Source: an uncultured Saprospiraceae bacterium (lineage in GTDB: Bacteria; Bacteroidota; Bacteroidia; Chitinophagales; Saprospiraceae). From it: DNA of 64,000 nt. Below the pieces are notes generated by a model, which saw only the letters and a list, made by a program, of their open reading frames with translations, was not told the origin of the DNA and did not search any database. Location: NCBI GenBank assembly GCA_964449535.1, contig CAYUZA010000002.1:45549-109548 (forward strand), in the 5' to 3' direction. This document shows, one piece after another, positions 25,617-33,685 of this stretch. Numbering within the stretch: the stretch's first letter is position 1; every line of letters starts with the position of its first letter. The position numbers and the translations under genes are program-made.

Positions 25617-28604
25617 TTATTTATTATCATAAGCAGCCAAACCGCTTATTTCTCTGCCTTGAGCTAGCTTTTTTAACTGCGGCACCAGGTCTGCCATCAA
25701 TGCCAATTCTTTCACCCTGCGCTCTTTCCAGCTCAATTCCAATGGCTCTAGTAGATCGGTGAGCTTTTCACCGTCAAAAACCATCCGGCTCAATATGTTT
25801 TCTACAAAGCTTTTCAAATCTGCCATTTGTAGGCCGTGTTGGTGGGCAATGGCAGCCAGTTCTGCATGGTATTTGTCGTCTTTAAACTTTTCGTAGCCTT
25901 TTCGTAATTCTGCTTCTGTTTGCCCTTTGTTCCAATCCAGCCTATCGATGTATTCGGATAGGGCTTCTTCCTCGTCCATCAAATTGGAATTGGAGCGCAA
26001 GATACTTTTTACCTGTTCTTTGCTCATTTTCTGCTTGCCGGGTGTTCTTTGAGTGCTGTCGGCAATCAGGTTCATAATGTAGTCATAATCAATCACCGCA
26101 GAAGCAAACAACACAAATTCAAAATCCAGTTGCTGAATTTCGGGCGGTGTATCCTCTCCGCCTTTTTGTTGTATTTTCCGAAATTGCTTGGCCGTTTCTA
26201 AATAAGAGCTTCGGAATTCTAAAAAGGTATCTTTAGGTAAGATTTGATTAATAAGTTCTTTTTGCTCCGGCTCTAAATCTGTAAATTGTTCTAATGCAAG
26301 CAACTGGCGCTGTACTTCTTTAAAATTCTGAACGAAAGCAATTTTAGCAGCGTTGCCTCTTACATTATAAACTTCTTGTGGTTCGCAAACCAAGCCTTGT
26401 TCTTGCATAAAGAGATTCAGGCGTTCGACCGCATCCTTGAATTTTTCAATAACCACGGGTGCGGGGTCAACCAACCAAATTTCTCTTGATTTATTTTCAT
26501 CTATACCAGAAAACAAGGCAATGGCGTTGTTAACCGCATCTTGTTGCGAGCGAAAATCAAGGATGTTTCCATGGGGTTTGGTATCATTTAGCACACGGTT
26601 GGTTCGCGAAAACGCCTGAATCAATCCGTGGTATTTCAGGTTTTTGTCCACGTACAAGGTGTTCAGATACTTGCTGTCGAACCCGGTGAGCAGCATGTCT
26701 ACTACTATAGTGATGTCAATCTTATTTTTGTGCGGATAGTCTTTGTTGCTGTATTTCTGATTTTTGATGCGCGTTTGTACATCCTGGTAAAACAGGTCAA
26801 AAAAGTTAATATCAAAACTGGTGCCATAACGCTTGTTGTAATCAGCTATAATGGTTTTCAGAGCAGCTTTCTTTTCATCTGGATTTTGTTTGTTGTCCTC
26901 TTTCTCTTGGGATAAATCTTCCTGAATCTGCTGAATGTCGGTGTTGCCTTCGGCTGGTGGGGAGAATACGCAGGCGATATTCAAAGGCACATAGTCGGGA
27001 CTAGACGCAACGCGTTGCGACTGTATTTCCTTAAAAAGATTGTAATATTCAATGGCGCTGTTGATAGAAGCTGTGGCCAACACGGCATTGAATCGTCTAG
27101 AATTGGTAGCGGCATCGTGTTTGTCCAAAATAGCTTCTACTACTGCCTGTTGGGCAATGGCTTCGCCTGGCTTAGCTTGAATTTCACCTTTTCCTTTAAA
27201 GTAGTCTATGTGAAAACGCAATACATTTTTATCTTCAATGGCGTGGGTGATAGTGTAGGCGTGTAATTGCTTTTCAAAAATATCTTGTGTGGTTTTGTAA
27301 GAAGCAAACTCACCCTCTCTGATGTTGTATGATGAGTTTTCATCAAAAATAGGTGTTCCGGTAAAACCAAAAAGTTGAGCATTCGGGAAAAACTCCTTAA
27401 TGGCTTTGTGATTTTCTCCAAATTGCGAACGATGGCACTCATCGAAAATAAAAACCATCCGTTTGCTTCGAAGCGGTTCTAGTCTTTCCTTGTAGTTGAG
27501 GCGCGACGCATCGCGTCTTTGCGAGCCATCTAAAGCCAAACCCAATTTCTGAATCGTGGTGACAATCACCTTGTCGGCATAGTCGGCCGAAAGTAAACGC
27601 CTTACTAATGTTTCGGTATTGGTGTTTTCTTCTACGCTTCCTTCTTGGAATTTATTGAACTCTTCACGCGTTTGGCGATCAAGGTCTTTGCGGTCTACCA
27701 CGAACAAACATTTTTCAATGTCGGCATTGTCTTTAAGAAGGGTAGCAGCTTTGAAAGAAGTCAGCGTTTTACCGCTTCCTGTAGTATGCCAGATATAGCC
27801 GTTGCCACGGTTTTGTTGGATGCAATCAATTATCGCATTTACAGCATAAATCTGATACGGCCGCATAATGAGCAACTTCTGTTCACTCTCCACGAGTACC
27901 ATATACTTGCTAATCATACTGCCCAAAGTGCATTTGGGCAGGAATTTTTCGGTAAAGGTTTCAAGGTGAGTTATTTTCTTATTGCTCTCGTCTGCTAGTT
28001 GATAAATTGGTAAGAATTGCTCGTCTGCATTAAAAGAGAAATGTTGGTTCTTGTTGTTGGCAAAATAATAGGTATTTGTCTTGTTGCTTACAACAAACAA
28101 CTGCATATAGCAAAGCAATGAATTACCGTAACCGTTTCCAGCTTCATTTTTATAATCTACAATTTGCTGCATTGCTTTTCTTGGTGCAATATCGAGGTTT
28201 TTTAACTCTATTTGCACCACAGGTAAGCCGTTGATCAAGAGAATCACGTCATAACGTTGATGACTGTTTTCTGTATTGATACGCAATTGACTGATAACTT
28301 CAAAATCATTTTTGCACCAGTCTTTGTTGTTTACCAAAGTGTAATGCAAAGGCGTTCCGTCTTCACGCTGAAAGTATTGTCTTTCACGCAACAATTTTGA
28401 TGCTTTGAACACATCAGGTTGTATGATTTCTTCTCTCAATCTTAAAAATTCGTTGTCAGACAAACGAACACGGTTGAGTGTTTCAAATTTTGTTTTGAAG
28501 TTTTGTTCAAGCGTTTTTCTATCAACTATGTCAGGGCGATGTGTGTATTTCAGCCCTTTCAGTTGCTCGATTAGATATTCTTCTATTTGATTCTCTTTGC
28601 TCAT
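25617..28604 (-). CDS. hsdR: Type I restriction endonuclease, R subunit
   Basis: N-terminal nuclease region, helicase motif I HTTGSGKTLTSF, motif II FDECHRSQ. About 996 aa from MSKENQIEEYL. The upstream 30 codons of the ORF are judged non-coding. Confidence 0.95.
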   Translation of the reverse strand: MSKENQIEEYLIEQLKGLKYTHRPDIVDRKTLEQNFKTKFETLNRVRLSDNEFLRLREEIIQPDVFKASKLLRERQYFQREDGTPLHYTLVNNKDWCKNDFEVISQLRINTENSHQRYDVILLINGLPVVQIELKNLDIAPRKAMQQIVDYKNEAGNGYGNSLLCYMQLFVVSNKTNTYYFANNKNQHFSFNADEQFLPIYQLADESNKKITHLETFTEKFLPKCTLGSMISKYMVLVESEQKLLIMRPYQIYAVNAIIDCIQQNRGNGYIWHTTGSGKTLTSFKAATLLKDNADIEKCLFVVDRKDLDRQTREEFNKFQEGSVEENTNTETLVRRLLSADYADKVIVTTIQKLGLALDGSQRRDASRLNYKERLEPLRSKRMVFIFDECHRSQFGENHKAIKEFFPNAQLFGFTGTPIFDENSSYNIREGEFASYKTTQDIFEKQLHAYTITHAIEDKNVLRFHIDYFKGKGEIQAKPGEAIAQQAVVEAILDKHDAATNSRRFNAVLATASINSAIEYYNLFKEIQSQRVASSPDYVPLNIACVFSPPAEGNTDIQQIQEDLSQEKEDNKQNPDEKKAALKTIIADYNKRYGTSFDINFFDLFYQDVQTRIKNQKYSNKDYPHKNKIDITIVVDMLLTGFDSKYLNTLYVDKNLKYHGLIQAFSRTNRVLNDTKPHGNILDFRSQQDAVNNAIALFSGIDENKSREIWLVDPAPVVIEKFKDAVERLNLFMQEQGLVCEPQEVYNVRGNAAKIAFVQNFKEVQRQLLALEQFTDLEPEQKELINQILPKDTFLEFRSSYLETAKQFRKIQQKGGEDTPPEIQQLDFEFVLFASAVIDYDYIMNLIADSTQRTPGKQKMSKEQVKSILRSNSNLMDEEEALSEYIDRLDWNKGQTEAELRKGYEKFKDDKYHAELAAIAHQHGLQMADLKSFVENILSRMVFDGEKLTDLLEPLELSWKERRVKELALMADLVPQLKKLAQGREISGLAAYDNK
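27003..27022. repeat. P3: 20-nt palindrome AGACGCAACGCGTTGCGACT (one mismatch) inside hsdR
   Basis: Read directly. 18/20 identical to the core of P2, in the same reading frame relative to the palindrome (SQRVASS versus TQRIASL). Confidence 0.85.
27499..27518. repeat. P4: hairpin AGGCGCGA-CGCA-TCGCGTCT inside hsdR (possible degenerate relative of P1-P3)
   Basis: 8-bp stem with one G-T pair and a 4-nt loop. Shares GACGCA and GCGTCT with P1-P3. Encodes RRDASRL. Confidence 0.5.
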
Positions 28605-29183
28605 GGTTATTCTTTCAGAAAATATTTGGCATAGACGCCTAGAATTTGTGCAATTAGGTACAAACATTTTATTCAGGGTTGCCTCACGCTTCAAGCATAC
28701 GCGTTGATCCTGTTGTAGCTTTTTTCTATCAGCGCAACAAACTCGGTTTGTGATTTACCGCTCTTTTTCAAAACTTCTTTAACACTGCTCCATTGATCCG
28801 AAGAAAATTTAATAAGCCAAAGATAGCAAAATCCCGCAGTCAGATAGTGAAAAAATAGCATAAGGTGGCCATGGTTGCCCAATGGAAAGCCCCGCTGCTA
28901 CGGCAAGCCCCAAAAAAGCATGATCGTGCGGCCGTTTTAAAAAGTATTAAAAAATATAAAGAGAGGGACACGGTGAGCAGGAAGTATATATGCGCTGTAT
29001 ATCAACAGGTTGTGACACAATAAGCGTTTGCAAGCGGGTACAAACGACTATAAACGAGAGATAAATGTTTAATTACCGGAAGTTGGATTTAAGGGCCCGC
29101 ATCTTTGCATTGTCATTGGAACTGGCCAGCAAATGACGATAACGACACAAAAACATTTATTTATTATTAAAAACGCAATTATT

Positions 29184-29540
29184 ATGAAAAACATGAGAAA
29201 TTCAGTGAGACTGGTAGGCAATGTGGGGATAGATCCTCGTATAACCACGTATGAAAACGGCAAGAAGAAAGCCAGTATGGTGATGGCCACAAATGAGCGA
29301 TACAAGAATGGTCAGGGTGAGTGGGTTACAGAAACACAGTGGCATCAAGTGGTAGCGTGGGGTCGGGAGGCCGCGATCATAGAGCGATTTGTAGAGAAGG
29401 GAAAAGAGGTGAGTGTGGAAGGCAAATTGGTACACCGCAGCTACACGGATAAAGACGGCACGGTAAAGTATGTTACAGAAATAGTCCTGCATGATCTATT
29501 ATTAATGCAAGCTGGCCGCAGGCCGGAATCTGTTGCATAA
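29184..29540 (+). CDS. ssb: Single-stranded DNA-binding protein (short OB-fold, element-type)
   Basis: MRNSVRLVGNVG...TQWHQVVAWGREA...VSVEGKLVHRSYTDKDGTVKYVTEIV is a typical SSB OB-fold pattern. Start set to the ATG at 29184. Confidence 0.85.
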   Translation: MKNMRNSVRLVGNVGIDPRITTYENGKKKASMVMATNERYKNGQGEWVTETQWHQVVAWGREAAIIERFVEKGKEVSVEGKLVHRSYTDKDGTVKYVTEIVLHDLLLMQAGRRPESVA

Positions 29541-29575
29541 CAGCAAGATAGAACACCTTAAAACCGCGTAATATT

Positions 29576-29606
29576 CAGGGCTGCCACAGTAATTGGGGCG
29601 GCCCTG
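29576..29606 (+). terminator. 10-bp stem hairpin after ssb (CAGGGCTGCC / GGCGGCCCTG), no U-tract
   Basis: Read directly. Conserved with compensatory changes in copy 2 (43931-43961). Terminator function is uncertain. Confidence 0.4.
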
Positions 29607-29670
29607 CATTGAATGGAAGGCATAGCACAAAAACCAGAAAAAGGTATATGGAATTAGCGGCAACGGAATG

Positions 29671-29704
29671 GGATTGTAACCGGATTGTAACCTGTTTGTA
29701 AACC
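29671..29704 (+). repeat. Three phased direct repeats GGATTGTAACC / GGATTGTAACC / TGTTTGTAAACC (11-12-bp period), iteron-like
   Basis: Read directly. The reverse complement resembles the CGTTTACAAT/CGTTTACAAA pair at 43395-43414 and CGTTTGCAAG/CGGGTACAAAC at 29025-29045. Confidence 0.85.
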
Positions 29705-29996
29705 CTTAGCCCTTTATCGCACGAAGTGTTAAATGTAAATAAACCCAGGGGCAACCCGTGGATCATGAAGTTAACATTCATTGTTTTAGCGGGATTTTGC
29801 CAATAGTGGCTATCAAAATACATTTTTCAAATGCAAAAGCCGTGACCAAACAAGTCGAAAGCGATAAGGCTTAAAACTAGATGGATTTTACAGAGCACGG
29901 AGAAGCGCCACAAAACGGGTGTAAAAAAACAGAAGAGCCGGTAAACTTTATATTGATATATTCACTAAAAACAATATTGCTTTCCTTGATGGCCAA

Positions 29997-32609
29997 ATGA
30001 ATAGATTTTTAATACCTTTAAGTCTTTGCAAAGAATGTAGTGTTATGAAACCAATGCATCAATCAGGAAAAAAAGGGCTTTTTAAAACGGAACAGGCCAA
30101 TTACATGCTGTATGGGGCATTGTTTGGGTTTATGTTTCCTATCATTGGCACATTGCTTGAAAGCTTGGTGGAATATCAACAAGTAACATGGGAGCTGCTC
30201 TTGCTCTGTCAGCGAGAATCAGAGCTGTTGTGGATCATTGATACTGCCCCCTTTTTTTTGGGTGTGTTCGCTTCCTTTGGCGGCAAACAATTGGATAAGG
30301 TTAAAGAAAAGAACACGGAGCTAAACAAGCGATATGATGATATGGTGGCCCTTAGGGAAATAGCGGACAAGGCGAATCAGGCCAAAAGTGAGTTTTTAGC
30401 CAATATGTCTCATGAAATTCGCACGCCAATGAACGCTATAATTGGCATGAACTATTTGCTGAAAAAGACACCTCTGGAGACTAATCAAATGGGTTATGTG
30501 CAAAAAGTGGAAACCGCGGCCAAAAACCTTTTGAGAATAATTAACGACATATTAGACTTTTCTAAAATAGAGGCAGGAAAAATGTCTCTTGAAAAAACAA
30601 ACATTTTTCTGGAAGAGCTTATACATGAACTTACGGATACCGTAAATATCAAACTGGCTACCAAAAATGATGTAGAGTTAATTGCAGATGTTGACTCGCA
30701 AATTCCAGCTGTTTTACTGGGGGACAGTGTTCGCCTTCGACAAATATTGCTTAACCTGCTAGACAATGCTGTGAAGTTTACAGATAAAGGAGAGGTAATT
30801 TTGAGTATACGACGAACCACCAGAGATCAGGATAGGCACTGGCTGGAGTTTAAAGTTCAGGATAGCGGGATTGGAATGAATGAAGACCAGTTAAAAACGC
30901 TATTTAGTGCTTTTCAACAAGCAGACTTGTCTACTACCCGAAAATATGGGGGTACCGGGTTAGGCTTGGCGATTTCAAAGCATTTGGTCCAAATGATGGG
31001 AGGTGCACTGACTGTGCAATCACAAGAAGGGGTTGGCACAACTTTCGCCTTTCAATTGCCCTTTGACTGTCCGAACACCAAAGACAGCCGTCCAACGAAA
31101 TTAGATTCTCTTGCGGGTTTGCGAGCGTTGCTGGTAGATGATTCAGAAAGTGCACGTCTGGTATTGAAAGACATGTTGATCACATTTGGTTTTGAAGTTT
31201 ATGTGGCAGAGAATGCTATGGAAGCAATGAACTTGTATCATCAACTTGAAGAAGACAATAAAAAACTATCCCTTATAGTGGTAGACTGGAAAATGCCGGG
31301 TATTGATGGTATACAATTTATAAAAGAATTGAAAGCCGAACAAGACACCAGTGTTCCTACGGTCATAATGGTTACGGCATTTGGGGTTGATAAAATTAAA
31401 GAGGCCAAGTCTCAAGAACTTATAGATGACTTTTTAGTAAAACCGGTCAACACGTCAGCATTATTTGACGCTATCAATAATTTGTTGCACCTGGAAATTA
31501 AACAGGAGGTTTTTCATAAGGCGCAATCTTTGCCGATTGAACTGATTAGAGAGCAATTAAGTGAAGTAAGGGTACTTTTGGTAGAGGACAATGATATGAA
31601 TCTGGAGCTGGCTATAGAATTGCTTGCTGATGTTGGCATGCGAATAGATACAGCACGTGATGGCCAGCAAGGTATAGACAAGGTAAAAGAAAATGATTAT
31701 GATGTTGTGCTGATGGATATTCAAATGCCAGTAATGGACGGTTTAACCGCCACTATGAAAATAAGGCAAATGCCTCAATTTGAGCGATTACCCATATTGG
31801 CCATGACGGCACATGCTATGGTTGGCGAGTACGAAAAGAGTATTGCAGCGGGCATGAATGATCACATAACCAAGCCAATAGACCCCTTTGTATTATACAA
31901 GGCACTTATTCAATATACTAAAGGAGAGGCAATTTTGGAGGCCATGTTGAAGTCTGCTCCTAATGAAGTTGCCGAAGTCGCTGCCACCGAAATACAAATA
32001 GAGGGTATTGATACTGCCAAAGGGCTTCAGCGGGTGGCGGGAAAGACAGAAACTTACATTAAAATATTGCGCACCTTTACCAATAATTACCAAAACATTC
32101 GCTCTTCGTTACTTCATTTGATTGCACAAAACGATATTGCAGGACTGTCTAGCTTGCTGCATACATTAGCAGGTGTTTCCGGAAATATTGGCATGGAGGT
32201 AGTTCATCGCGAATCCTTGCTTCTTTCAACGGAATTTAAACAACAAAAAGAACAGGAAAACAGCTTGATTTCAGAAGAGCAACAATCGAGAATATCTAAG
32301 TTGGCCGATGAGGCGGAAAAAACAATCGGAATAATATTAGACTTTTTCAATTTACAGATAGCAGAAGATTCCTCTCAAAAAAGGCAAGACGATGCGGGCA
32401 AAAATCAATTATTATTGGAGATGAAAGACGCCATAGAGCAAAGCGATGCTGTTGCTATTGAATTAGGTGAAAGGATACTCAATGAGTTTGAATTAGGAAA
32501 TAAGGAAAAAGAGAACATTCAAGAATTAGTCAATCTTTTGAATGATTTTGAATTTGAAGAGGCAATGCGCTTGCTCGAGGAGACTATGAGCAGCGGAAAC
32601 CAGGCTTAA
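29997..32609 (+). CDS. Hybrid sensor histidine kinase (TM sensor, HisKA, HATPase, REC, REC, HPt)
   Basis: H-box SHEIRTPMN, N/G boxes (LLDNAVKFT, DSGIGM, GGTGLGL), two receiver domains (DWKMPGIDG, DIQMPVMDG), HPt HTLAGVSGNIG. Confidence 0.9.
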   Translation: MNRFLIPLSLCKECSVMKPMHQSGKKGLFKTEQANYMLYGALFGFMFPIIGTLLESLVEYQQVTWELLLLCQRESELLWIIDTAPFFLGVFASFGGKQLDKVKEKNTELNKRYDDMVALREIADKANQAKSEFLANMSHEIRTPMNAIIGMNYLLKKTPLETNQMGYVQKVETAAKNLLRIINDILDFSKIEAGKMSLEKTNIFLEELIHELTDTVNIKLATKNDVELIADVDSQIPAVLLGDSVRLRQILLNLLDNAVKFTDKGEVILSIRRTTRDQDRHWLEFKVQDSGIGMNEDQLKTLFSAFQQADLSTTRKYGGTGLGLAISKHLVQMMGGALTVQSQEGVGTTFAFQLPFDCPNTKDSRPTKLDSLAGLRALLVDDSESARLVLKDMLITFGFEVYVAENAMEAMNLYHQLEEDNKKLSLIVVDWKMPGIDGIQFIKELKAEQDTSVPTVIMVTAFGVDKIKEAKSQELIDDFLVKPVNTSALFDAINNLLHLEIKQEVFHKAQSLPIELIREQLSEVRVLLVEDNDMNLELAIELLADVGMRIDTARDGQQGIDKVKENDYDVVLMDIQMPVMDGLTATMKIRQMPQFERLPILAMTAHAMVGEYEKSIAAGMNDHITKPIDPFVLYKALIQYTKGEAILEAMLKSAPNEVAEVAATEIQIEGIDTAKGLQRVAGKTETYIKILRTFTNNYQNIRSSLLHLIAQNDIAGLSSLLHTLAGVSGNIGMEVVHRESLLLSTEFKQQKEQENSLISEEQQSRISKLADEAEKTIGIILDFFNLQIAEDSSQKRQDDAGKNQLLLEMKDAIEQSDAVAIELGERILNEFELGNKEKENIQELVNLLNDFEFEEAMRLLEETMSSGNQA

Positions 32610-32632
32610 CCCTACTAACGAATAGAATATAG

Positions 32633-33664
32633 ATGAGTCAATATTTTTCAACAGAACAATCAAAAGCTACCATACTAGTAGTAGATGATTCTGCAGAAAA
32701 CCTGCAGGTAATACACTCTATTTTAAAGGATGATTATCATGTAAAAGTGGCCAAGAGTGGGCCGAAGGCATTAGAAATAGTCAATAAAGAGCCCAGGCCA
32801 GATCTGGTATTGTTGGATATTGTAATGCCGGAAATGAATGGATTTGAGGTTTGTGAGCGAATAAAGTCCAATCCTCTTACTCAAAAGATAACCGTTATTT
32901 TTCTGACTTCCTTGCACGAAGTGGCAGATGAAACTATGGGTTTTCAAAAAGGAGGGGCAGATTTTATTAACAAACCGATCAATCCGGATATAGTAAAGGC
33001 CAGAATTAAAACACACATTGAACTTCAGAATGAGCGTAGAAAATCGGAGGAGCTTTTGAAAGTGCTTTTGCCCAATAATGTGATCCACGATTTGATGCAT
33101 GAAGGCCGGCATAGACCTATGGTGTATGAAAATGTTAGCATTTTGTTCAGTGATTTTGTGGGCTTTACAAAAATAACTTCCAGGTTGGATCCGGAGTTTT
33201 TGATTGCTGAGCTTAACGAGCTATACGGGCGTTTTGATGAGATATGTGAGGAGCATGGTTGTACCAGGATCAAAACAATAGGAGATGCTTATTTAGCGAC
33301 ATGTGGACTTTTGGAAGATGAGTCATCACACGCTGATCGCCTGGTACATGCCGGTTTAGACTTTATCTCTTTCCTTAGTGACAGAAACCGTGGGGCTAAA
33401 CAAGCCTGGACTTGCCGTATGGGAATTAATTCGGGTCGAGTGGTAGCAGGAATAGTTGGCAAGACTCGGTTTATTTATGATATCTTCGGCGACGATGTCA
33501 ATATTGCATCCAGAATAGAGGGAGTGGCAGAAGAAATGACATTGATGGCCTCTTATAAAACAGCAGCAATGTTGAGCGACAAGTTTATAAAGGAAAGTCG
33601 CGGCACTTTTCCATTAAAGGGTACTCAGGATCTAGAGGTTTTCAACATCAGCGGCAGAAGATGA
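32633..33664 (+). CDS. Response regulator fused to a class III adenylate cyclase
   Basis: REC (VVDDS...LLDIVMPEMNGFE...K) plus cyclase (FSDFVGFT, IKTIGDAYLA, YDIFGDDVNIASRIE). The Lys of KTIGD and the Asp of YDIFG suggest ATP specificity. Confidence 0.85.
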   Translation: MSQYFSTEQSKATILVVDDSAENLQVIHSILKDDYHVKVAKSGPKALEIVNKEPRPDLVLLDIVMPEMNGFEVCERIKSNPLTQKITVIFLTSLHEVADETMGFQKGGADFINKPINPDIVKARIKTHIELQNERRKSEELLKVLLPNNVIHDLMHEGRHRPMVYENVSILFSDFVGFTKITSRLDPEFLIAELNELYGRFDEICEEHGCTRIKTIGDAYLATCGLLEDESSHADRLVHAGLDFISFLSDRNRGAKQAWTCRMGINSGRVVAGIVGKTRFIYDIFGDDVNIASRIEGVAEEMTLMASYKTAAMLSDKFIKESRGTFPLKGTQDLEVFNISGRR

Positions 33665-33685
33665 AAAACACCAGATAGAGAGCAT

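Larger units (their letters stand above)
21111..29606. mobile_element. Putative accessory island: type I R-M operon, mob-like fragment and ssb cassette
   Basis: Defence and mobile-type genes sit between housekeeping rluA-like and sensor kinase genes. A Y1 transposase-like gene is present, and the ssb cassette is duplicated elsewhere. No integrase or clear att sites were seen, so the boundaries are soft. Confidence 0.35.
29025..29606 (+). repeat. ssb cassette copy 1 (leader, ssb and 3' hairpin), direct repeat of 43395-43961
   Basis: Manual alignment of both copies from CGTTT(G/A)CAA... through the post-stop hairpin. Flanks outside these limits do not align. Confidence 0.85.

Noticed and set aside
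28605-28694. N-terminal 30-codon extension of the hsdR ORF, and similar extensions at 13761-13907, 36156-36323, 8920-8994, 62884-63015 and 44975-45079
   Set aside because: The internal ATGs give canonical N-termini (MSKENQIEEYL for HsdR, and signal peptides or conserved starts for the others). The extensions would overlap neighbouring genes or promoters.
28691-28882. 63-aa ORF upstream of hsdR with an RHH/MobC-like stretch (FSSDQWSSVKEVLKKSGKSQTEFVALIEKSY)
   Set aside because: It has only a TTG start and an implausible hydrophobic N-terminus, and the similarity is from memory only. It is kept as a possible mobilisation-gene fragment in the island finding rather than as a called gene.
21039-29763. 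CAACCCGT(T)GGAT near both edges of the R-M/ssb block as att direct repeats
   Set aside because: It is only 12-13 nt with an indel, no integrase is present, and the chance expectation is not negligible. It is mentioned only as weak support in the island finding.
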